Shown: piece after piece, positions 10,706 through 18,062 of the stretch
Layout: the number at the start of each line of letters is the position of its first letter
Numbering within the stretch: position 1 is the stretch's first letter
NCBI GenBank assembly: GCA_946965045.2
Contig: OX337229.1
Span: 3,100,001 to 3,164,000, forward strand
Length of the DNA stretch: 64,000 nt
From: Epithemia pelagica
Taxonomy: Eukaryota > Protista > Bacillariophyta
Reading direction: 5' to 3'
Notes under the pieces: model-generated
The model's database searches: none
Told to the model about the DNA's origin: nothing
What the model saw: only the letters and a program-made list of their open reading frames with translations
Made by a program: the position numbers and the translations under genes

Positions 10706-11772
10706 CAGTTGGGAACCCAATAACTGAAGAGTTGGATCCAGTTGCTGTCGGGGATTGGATTGCAGCCCAAAAGCGGATCGAGTTGAATTGTTAACTACAG
10801 TCGCTTCAGACTGGCTAGTTCGTTCAATTTCTTGCAACGGAGGAATATCGGACGACGAATCGTCTTCCTGTGTGGCTTCGGCGGGTGGTACAGACAAAGA
10901 CAGACCTTGTAACTGTTCCAGGATACTTTGTGCCACAAAATCCTGTTCAAACGATAGGGTCGGTGCACTTGTCTCGTTCGGATCAGTTTCACTACTATTG
11001 GCCAAGTCATGCGGGTCTTCCGCAAGAAAAATTTGAGCCAATTCTTCTTTCGTAGTAGGGTTGACAGATTCAGCAATGGGAGTAGGGGAAGGTATACGCG
11101 TTCCCTCCCAGTTTCAATGGGCCCCGAAGACTCGATGTGGTCGTTGTTGTTGCCGTCGCTGTCGTCGTTCCTTTGAGATTTTGTCGCTGACTCGTCCTTG
11201 GTTTCGTCGTCACCAAGAAATCGAAGTGCCTCGGCCAATTCCTCCTGCGTAAACAAATATTGGGAAGACTGAGGCCCCTCCAAATCTTGTGGATCCAATG
11301 GAGACCACCACAAGACGTCCTTCTCTTGTTCGAGATCTTCCTTCCCGGTCTGAACCTGGTTTGTTTTCGAAATCGCTCGAAAGTCCGTCCGTCGTACTAT
11401 TACTCTTAACGTCCCTTATCAAAACACTTTGCAATGCAGTTGCCAACTCGTCCGTTGTTGGGTCGTCGGTCTTGTTACTCCCTGAGCCTTGCGTTCCCGA
11501 CGATAACTCTTGTGACGTGGTTGTTGCTGTGGTCAGCAATGACCCGTGGTTGTGTTGGTCCTCGAAGGAGCATGATGCTTGTTGTTGTTGTGGAACACAA
11601 ATGCTTTCGTCCTTCTCGTTGATGCGGCTGCTATTTTCTTCGTCGGACACTTCTTGCCCACTGCTGCTGCTGCTGCTGTTGTTGTCGCCGCCGCCACCAA
11701 TTACCTCCGCAGGCAAAAGGTTGGAATCGGGTGTTGTGGTGAAGGACTTCGTTTTGGAAAAGTCAGGGCCTA
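10688..11772 (-). pseudogene. Broken low-complexity protein gene (two frameshifts, 5' end interrupted by copia, 3' end cut by the duplication junction)
   Basis: Coding-like sequence moves across three frames (ORFs 11210-11716, 10795-11313, 10688-11041). Each frame holds a copy of a T-x-[DE]-E-L-A motif (TTDELATAL, TQEELAEAL, TKEELAQIF). The switch near 11100 occurs within about 20 nt, too short for an intron. Confidence 0.55.
11768..11772 (+). repeat. Target-site duplication GCCTA (left)
   Basis: GCCTA immediately left of the LTR at 11773; identical to 17944-17948. Confidence 0.95.
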
Positions 11773-12010
11773 TGTTGAAACTTCTAACAAGCCGTGCCGT
11801 AAAAGCAACTCTTTATAGGCTTATCGAACTACGTATTCTCCATTGAATGAGCGTTGGCTCTCTTGTTCGTTCTTTCGTTGCTTTTGCCACGTCTACAAAC
11901 CAATGTCCATGATTCCGCATCTTGCGAATGGCCTATATCTTGCGAATGGCCAGTCGCACCAGTCGCACCTTGGTCCTCTATATTCACCGGTTGCTCTGCT
12001 ATCCTCAACA
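11773..12010 (-). repeat. 3' LTR (238 bp)
   Basis: Identical to 17706-17943; 6-bp terminal inverted repeat TGTTGA/TCAACA; contains internal 18-bp and 9-bp tandem duplications. Confidence 0.97.
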
Positions 12011-15000
12011 CACTCCTTTGTGCCGAGGAATGATATTTACTATCCGATGGTACATTCATGATGATATCACGCAATTGGTAGAAGATGCGACCTTGTAATG
12101 GCTTGGTAAAAAAATCGGCGACCATCTCTTCAGTCGGACAGAATGCAATATCCATCTCTTTGCGCTTGATGCAATCCGTGATATAAAAGTAGCGAAGGTT
12201 GATATGTTTGGTTCGCTTCGAACTGGATAGCCGTCCATTTTTCGCCAATAGAATACTACTCTGATTGTCTTGATGTAGGGTTACGTCCTTGATCTCATGG
12301 CCTTGGGCCTGTATGAAATTCTTGGTCCAGATGATAGACGGGAGTACATCGTGTATCCCAATGAGTTCACATTCAGTTGAACTACGGGCCACGAGTTTTT
12401 GTTTCGATGAAGCCGTCACCACTGCTCCTTTTCCCATGGTCATGAAACCCCCAGTGTGTCCTTTTAGATCGGGGTGAGTCGCATAAGATGCGTCAACCCA
12501 CCACCACAGATGCATCATTGGGTCACCTTCTAGACGCAGGATCAAATCGCGTGTGGATTGTAAATACTTTAGAACCCGTCCGAGTTTGCGGTAGTCATCA
12601 TCATCAGGAGCCATGACACGGGTGCTGAGAAAAGTTACGGCAGTCCGTATATCAGGGCGACCACGTTGTGCCATATAAGCGAGTTGCATGGTCACACTGT
12701 GGAACCGGTCTGATTTTGTTTCATCCAGCTTGTGAGCCTTTGGGTTCACATGATAAAGGTGTTTGGCTGCGGGACTACGGGCTCGCCCGATCCATTCTTT
12801 TGGTAAGTCAAGTAGGATGGTCTCAAGATACGATCTCATATCCACTTGAACCACACCATCTTCCCCATAGTCGAGGAACATGCCAAGGTAATCGTGTCGA
12901 GTACCCTCCGACACTGAGATCTCGCCCAACTGTCCAAACTCCGCTCGTAGGTCATCCAAAAATTGATGAACTACCTTGCCATCAACGTGCGAGACTTTTA
13001 AATCGTCAATATGCCACGTCACAGTGAGCTGTCGATCGTTTACTTGTTTGTTTGCAACACACGAGTCATATGGATTGATAACAAATCCCCAACTCTTGAG
13101 CACGGCGGTAAGCTTCTCCCAAAACAAACGAGCGGCACGAAGCGTGCCGTAAAGAGCTTTCAGCATCTCCACATAAATCACCGGTTGACCCTTCTCATAG
13201 GTCAAGAAAGGAGCGTAGGTGTCATAATCCACTTCCAGCAATAGCTCAGCCATCAACCCATCTAGTCGCATATATACGTCGGGGTCCATGTCGGAGTGCA
13301 TGAATGCCCCTGGTATATCAGCTACTGCAACCACGCGTCGTTCTAGAGCGTCAATCACGGCAGTGATGAAAACGGATTCAGTAGCAACTGTGGGTGATGC
13401 CGATTCGGGTTTGTCAATATAAGCTCTTTGCTTTCTCCCGTCAGCGCAGCCTCTTCCTTTGATTTTGCCACAGCGCTTGCGTTTTAGGAACATCAAGTAT
13501 CCTAACGCTTCTTGCACTTGGTTCCAAGTTAGATCAGTTTTATGAACAGCCCGTAGAACACCGCGGTCGTGTAACTGCTGTATCTCCACTTTCACAGCAG
13601 CCACGCCTTTATCACCGAACAACTTGATGCCTTTTTTCATTGGCATTTGTGGTGTGGCCATATTGATTTCCGTTGACACCAAATACAGGATTCCATCTCG
13701 CAAATAGCCATCGTAACGTCCATGCTGAAGCTTGTCCACTGCGGCATAAGAATGTCCGTAACGGTGGGCATAGCTTCTTTGTCGATTCGGCCGTAAATTG
13801 TATCGGGGTTCATTTTCGGGTTGGTTGTTGTTCTCCTGTTCAGGATCTACATCCATCCCTAAGTCCTCCTCTGTGAGAGATGCTTCTTCTTCGTTTTCCT
13901 CCTCTACTCCACCGGCTAGCTCCCTTCCCTCATCCTCCTCATCAGCATCCATATCCATCACAACATCCTCCAAAGCATCATCATAGGTCGAATCGTTACT
14001 GTCTTGTTCGTGCGCATCATGATATTGTTCATTGTCTACTGGGTCAGGCAGATTGGCTTCTGCCCCCACTCCTTGGATTTCCAACGGTTCAAGATTCAAA
14101 TTGTCCAACGGCTGGTTGGGCTCTGGCTCGTTTATGACATTTTCAACATCAGGTACGTCATCTTCAGCTAATTCATCCTCAACTAGATCATCGTCATACC
14201 GCAGATCCTCATCCATGTCCTGTACATCTTCATAGGACTCGTCATCATCATCAAACAGTTCATTGCTCTCGTCTAGGAACAAGATTCTGTTGTCACGATT
14301 GCCGAACGCTAGTCCCGGTTGCATTTCCTGACTTTGTGCCAACTGCTGTACTCGTTGAATGACTTCTGCTGGCATAGGTAAAGCGGTGGCGTGATTCCTT
14401 GTGATTACTCTGCCGCTAGTGAGGCTAAGGAAGTAATAACTACCTTGCCTGTTACCGGTTGGCCTCAATGCGATAGCTCCGATGGTTCTTGGGGCCATGG
14501 TGTTATCGTGCTGCTCATGGCACTGCACGTATTGGCCAAATTCATACCGACAATGTTTGTTGAAATCGACATGCTCACCGGTCACGAGTAGACGTGGACT
14601 TTGTGTTTTGGAAATGCCGGTGTGATGTGGGAAGCAGTTTAACCAAAACGTGGCAAATTTGGCCAGTTCTATCAACATGACCTTCGGTAGGGCATCGAAA
14701 GGAAGCGTGTTATAAACACAGCGCATCCTCTCCTTCACAGTCCTGATGTAACGTTCCACATCACCTACATGCTCGTCCCTGGCAGTGGAATTGATGGTGA
14801 TGCCGAGGAGTTGAAGACTGGCTTGCATATCATCACTTGTAAATGCACCATCAGCCAACACAATTCTCGGTCTAATCCCGCCACGTCGGTAAACTGCCAC
14901 AGTCTTCTTCAGGGATTGTATGATATTGGTGTCAGTGGTTGATTGTATGGCGTCTATCGTCCCGAAATGTATTTTCCTTGACGTGGTGACAAGGAATGGT

Positions 15001-16949
15001 ACATTGTTCACGTGCATGACGTCAATGGTCAATGTGACATCCTTGTGCTTCTCAGCAATACGAGGTGGTACTGTCGTGGACGTGTCGACAAATGGGGACT
15101 TACGTCTCGTTGTCTTGCCTTTGAGCGTTCCCAAATCTGGTCCGTAGATCTTCTCGGCCCTGTATACATCGTCAGTAGTGATGTTAGCGTTTGGTAGTAG
15201 GTTGTGCCTTAGGATATGAAGATAATCCTTGGTAGAAGGCCGTCCTATCTTCGCTAGGAGTGATCTGGCCAGCTTGGCTCTACGAATTTCTTCCGGGGAG
15301 TAGGAATCTTCGTTTTCGCTAACAGTTGTTACGAAGCTACTCTGTAACGTCGATGTATCCAGGTAGAATAAACCTTCTGGGCTTGGATTGAACTTGTGTT
15401 TTAGCCTACCAGTGGCTCGGTCATGTAAGGCAAATGAATTTCCACGGTCGCTGTCATATTTGATGTGAAATCTTGTGTGTGCGTTGTTTAGGGAGATGAT
15501 GTTGGCTGGACCCTCAGGATCATGCCATACGATGCCATATCCAGGCAGGAGTCCTCGCAACTGAAGAGTCCTCTGTCCGGCATGACTCTGAATGACGATG
15601 GGAGTCTCAGACGAGTGAATATTTTTTAATAAGGATGGATCTTTGATGATGTCAACGGTGGACTGATTGTCCAGTAACAGCCATTGAGGGGGAATGCTAG
15701 CCTGCATGGTAGAGGAAGAGAAAACATAATCAGGTGAGTCGCAGTTGACGGTTGAGCCCCTGTTTGATGAGGTTAGCACACCTCGATTGGATTCATTGTT
15801 ACCCTCGGCTTGTGAGTTGGTTCGATTTGAGCGACTCTGTGTTGTCGATGCTTGGGAGCCACTTGCATGTGCTCCTGTTGCAGTTGTTGCATTGGAGTGG
15901 CCTGTCATGGTGGAATCGGGCAAACTCGTCTCTCCACTTGTTACATACGCCACACCGGTGGCGTTGTCGGGCTGACCGTTGCTCTGACCAGGATTGTTCT
16001 TTGGTTTTCCTGTCATTCGATTGTCCAGGATCGCACGAGCATTGGCAAGCGTCTTGGGGTATACATTCTGTCCATCCAAGAACATATTTTGCAAATGTGC
16101 TTCGTACTCCTTGTTGCCACAAGATCGGATGAATCGAATGGCAATACAACGATTTTGGGCGTCCTCGTGGTCGTCGGAAGAAGGTGTTGTGTGTTTCTTT
16201 TCCTGCGCCACTCGTTCCAACATGTCCTTATCGTACAGGACAATCCCTGCTTCATTCATGACCTTGACTTTGGCTCGGAATACCTCGTAATATGAATGGA
16301 GGCTTTGATTATTTCGTCGCCTCAGACTATAGAAATCCTCCTTGAGCTTATCTCGGGCGACAAGAGTGAATATGCGTCCGGAATCAAAGGTGAATGTGAT
16401 TTGCTTGATGAGTTTCAAGAGATCCACACCGTCACGCATCTTCTTGATCTCTCCAAAGGTCTCGTGGGCCTGTAGCTTATCCTTGAGTAGCGGAGTACAC
16501 TGTCCCATAATCAAGCTGTATAGAGCTGCCCGAAAGTTTTTGTAGAGGACCATTTGATCTTGGCGTGCTTTGTACGCCATCTTCCACTCTTCCACTTGGA
16601 TCATATCTGTGGGGTCTTTTGGTTTTGTTGCTTCTTCTGGGTCGGGTAGTTCCAATGCTTCGAGTGCTTGTTGGAACTCTTGATTGTGTCGATCAAAATT
16701 ACTACCGACGTAGCCGATCAATAACTCGACGTTTCGTAGATAGCGCTTCGATTGCGGATCCTCACTGTAGTCGAATATGCATTCTTTAAGCGACGGTTCT
16801 TGGCCTTGAAATCTAGGCGAGTTGGATTGTTGAGCCTGATTCTGCCATCCTCGTCCTCTTCCTCGTCCGCCTCTGCCTTGACGTTGTCCACTCGACCGGG
16901 AGCTAGACTCAACCGTGTCTGGACGATTTGCGTTGTCTTGTTGAGACAT
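11829..16949 (-). CDS. Copia Gag-Pol polyprotein (1,706 aa)
   Basis: Gag helical region; protease WLLLDNQST; integrase TIDVMH / LADGAF / DVERYIRTVKER (DDE); RT ADIPGAF, LYGT, WHIDD; RNase H WWVDAS, STECE, HQDNQS, TKHI, ADFFTK. Confidence 0.97.
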   Translation of the reverse strand: MSQQDNANRPDTVESSSRSSGQRQGRGGRGRGRGWQNQAQQSNSPRFQGQEPSLKECIFDYSEDPQSKRYLRNVELLIGYVGSNFDRHNQEFQQALEALELPDPEEATKPKDPTDMIQVEEWKMAYKARQDQMVLYKNFRAALYSLIMGQCTPLLKDKLQAHETFGEIKKMRDGVDLLKLIKQITFTFDSGRIFTLVARDKLKEDFYSLRRRNNQSLHSYYEVFRAKVKVMNEAGIVLYDKDMLERVAQEKKHTTPSSDDHEDAQNRCIAIRFIRSCGNKEYEAHLQNMFLDGQNVYPKTLANARAILDNRMTGKPKNNPGQSNGQPDNATGVAYVTSGETSLPDSTMTGHSNATTATGAHASGSQASTTQSRSNRTNSQAEGNNESNRGVLTSSNRGSTVNCDSPDYVFSSSTMQASIPPQWLLLDNQSTVDIIKDPSLLKNIHSSETPIVIQSHAGQRTLQLRGLLPGYGIVWHDPEGPANIISLNNAHTRFHIKYDSDRGNSFALHDRATGRLKHKFNPSPEGLFYLDTSTLQSSFVTTVSENEDSYSPEEIRRAKLARSLLAKIGRPSTKDYLHILRHNLLPNANITTDDVYRAEKIYGPDLGTLKGKTTRRKSPFVDTSTTVPPRIAEKHKDVTLTIDVMHVNNVPFLVTTSRKIHFGTIDAIQSTTDTNIIQSLKKTVAVYRRGGIRPRIVLADGAFTSDDMQASLQLLGITINSTARDEHVGDVERYIRTVKERMRCVYNTLPFDALPKVMLIELAKFATFWLNCFPHHTGISKTQSPRLLVTGEHVDFNKHCRYEFGQYVQCHEQHDNTMAPRTIGAIALRPTGNRQGSYYFLSLTSGRVITRNHATALPMPAEVIQRVQQLAQSQEMQPGLAFGNRDNRILFLDESNELFDDDDESYEDVQDMDEDLRYDDDLVEDELAEDDVPDVENVINEPEPNQPLDNLNLEPLEIQGVGAEANLPDPVDNEQYHDAHEQDSNDSTYDDALEDVVMDMDADEEDEGRELAGGVEEENEEEASLTEEDLGMDVDPEQENNNQPENEPRYNLRPNRQRSYAHRYGHSYAAVDKLQHGRYDGYLRDGILYLVSTEINMATPQMPMKKGIKLFGDKGVAAVKVEIQQLHDRGVLRAVHKTDLTWNQVQEALGYLMFLKRKRCGKIKGRGCADGRKQRAYIDKPESASPTVATESVFITAVIDALERRVVAVADIPGAFMHSDMDPDVYMRLDGLMAELLLEVDYDTYAPFLTYEKGQPVIYVEMLKALYGTLRAARLFWEKLTAVLKSWGFVINPYDSCVANKQVNDRQLTVTWHIDDLKVSHVDGKVVHQFLDDLRAEFGQLGEISVSEGTRHDYLGMFLDYGEDGVVQVDMRSYLETILLDLPKEWIGRARSPAAKHLYHVNPKAHKLDETKSDRFHSVTMQLAYMAQRGRPDIRTAVTFLSTRVMAPDDDDYRKLGRVLKYLQSTRDLILRLEGDPMMHLWWWVDASYATHPDLKGHTGGFMTMGKGAVVTASSKQKLVARSSTECELIGIHDVLPSIIWTKNFIQAQGHEIKDVTLHQDNQSSILLAKNGRLSSSKRTKHINLRYFYITDCIKRKEMDIAFCPTEEMVADFFTKPLQGRIFYQLRDIIMNVPSDSKYHSSAQRSVLRIAEQPVNIEDQGATGATGHSQDIGHSQDAESWTLVCRRGKSNERTNKRANAHSMENT
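12011..12019 (-). promoter_or_regulatory. Short polypurine tract (plus-strand primer)
   Basis: Minus strand reads AAAGGAGTG directly before the TG of the 3' LTR; short and also protein-coding. Confidence 0.5.
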
Positions 16950-16954
16950 CTCGT

Positions 16955-17647
16955 TTAAACAATCGCAATGCTGTCACGATGGCGGCGGTGTTCTTCTGTA
17001 TCTTTGGTGATGGGATTCCAAATCTTGATAAAGTGATATAATGTGCCGTGGCGCGACACTGTGCCTTGGAGATGTGTTCGTCCCACTGTTTCCTTCAACT
17101 TGAGAGTATTCAATACCCAAACGCGAGTTCCAATTGGAATCCACCGTGGGAGTACGCCTCTTTGTGGTGGAATAGCGGGGATGATTGTTTCTGTTTCGAT
17201 TTCACCGTCCGGTGTTTCTGGGCTCAGATCAACGAGAGCGACTGGAGATGCGCGACGATCTTGATTCTCTTCCGAATTGTTTTCTAGGTTCGGGTTTTCT
17301 TGGTTCGGTTCCACAAGATACGCGCTGTGCTCTGGGTATGTAACCGCGCAGGATGATGGGCCTCGCTCAGCCCGCTTGATTTTGTCTAGCAACGTGCGTC
17401 GCTTTTCCTGTATCTCCTCGAAGATCAGCTGTTTCCGAATCTCCGTTTCCTCGTAATCGTTGTCTCTTTCGATTTCTCGTTGTCGCTCCAGTGCAGCGAT
17501 GGCCTCGCGATGCTGCGCCTCCTTGGTGCGAAAGCGTTGTTGGTAGCGCTGTTCCGCTTCGTGTAAGAGATCCTCTTGTTCGATAGTGAGTTGGGCCAGT
17601 TCCGATAATAAAGATTGTACGCGGTCACTTGTGCCCTCTTCACTCAT
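16955..17647 (-). CDS. Extra 5' ORF of the retrotransposon (230 aa; coiled coil plus C-terminal SH3/KOW-like beta domain)
   Basis: ATG 58 nt after the 5' LTR, TAA 5 nt before the gag-pol ATG. Glu/Arg-rich heptad N-half; C-terminal IGTRVWV...GTV...FIKIW...RHRDSI. No transmembrane segment. Confidence 0.8.
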   Translation of the reverse strand: MSEEGTSDRVQSLLSELAQLTIEQEDLLHEAEQRYQQRFRTKEAQHREAIAALERQREIERDNDYEETEIRKQLIFEEIQEKRRTLLDKIKRAERGPSSCAVTYPEHSAYLVEPNQENPNLENNSEENQDRRASPVALVDLSPETPDGEIETETIIPAIPPQRGVLPRWIPIGTRVWVLNTLKLKETVGRTHLQGTVSRHGTLYHFIKIWNPITKDTEEHRRHRDSIAIV

Positions 17648-17691
17648 AAGAGTACTTCACGTCAACAACGGAGGTACTTAGTGTAATGAAT

Positions 17692-17705
17692 TTCAATGGA
17701 GAATA
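17692..17705 (-). promoter_or_regulatory. Primer-binding site, non-tRNA type (complementary to LTR-internal 17767-17780)
   Basis: Minus strand TATTCTCCATTGAA abuts the CA end of the 5' LTR, does not begin with TGG, and is the exact reverse complement of TTCAATGGAGAATA within the LTR. Confidence 0.8.
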
Positions 17706-17943
17706 TGTTGAAACTTCTAACAAGCCGTGCCGTAAAAGCAACTCTTTATAGGCTTATCGAACTACGTATTCTCCATTGAATGAGCGTTGGCTCTCTTGTT
17801 CGTTCTTTCGTTGCTTTTGCCACGTCTACAAACCAATGTCCATGATTCCGCATCTTGCGAATGGCCTATATCTTGCGAATGGCCAGTCGCACCAGTCGCA
17901 CCTTGGTCCTCTATATTCACCGGTTGCTCTGCTATCCTCAACA
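17706..17943 (-). repeat. 5' LTR (238 bp)
   Basis: Identical to 11773-12010; initiator-like CTCATTC around 17781 on the minus strand. Confidence 0.97.
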
Positions 17944-17948
17944 GCCTA
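17944..17948 (+). repeat. Target-site duplication GCCTA (right)
   Basis: GCCTA immediately right of the LTR end at 17943. Confidence 0.95.
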
Positions 17949-17987
17949 ACAAAAGTTCCTGAAGGAGGTGGTTTGTTCAGTCCTTCT

Positions 17988-18012
17988 GATTCGTGATTCG
18001 TGATTCGTGATT
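17988..18012. repeat. 7-bp tandem repeat (GATTCGT)x3.5
   Basis: gattcgt at 17988, 17995 and 18002 plus gatt. Confidence 0.9.
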
Positions 18013-18062
18013 TAGCCTCTTTGATCCCAGTTTCAAATGAAACGCTGCTAAAGGAGCACTTC

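Larger units (their letters stand above)
11773..17943 (-). mobile_element. Full-length Ty1/copia LTR retrotransposon (diatom CoDi-like), 6,171 bp
   Basis: Identical 238-bp LTRs with TGTTGA...TCAACA termini, a 5-bp TSD and an uninterrupted gag-PR-IN-RT-RH ORF in copia domain order. Confidence 0.98.

Noticed and set aside
11289-11846. 185-aa plus-strand ORF crossing into the LTR
   Set aside because: It is the antisense shadow of the low-complexity broken gene (poly-Leu from CTG repeats).
16950-16962. TTTAAAC slippery heptamer at the ORF0/gag-pol junction, suggesting -1 frameshifting
   Set aside because: The heptamer is phased in the gag-pol frame, not the ORF0 frame (GTT TAA ACG), so tandem slippage from ORF0 is not supported.
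16955-17647. ORF0 as an env-like gene
   Set aside because: It has no signal peptide or transmembrane segment and lies 5' of gag.
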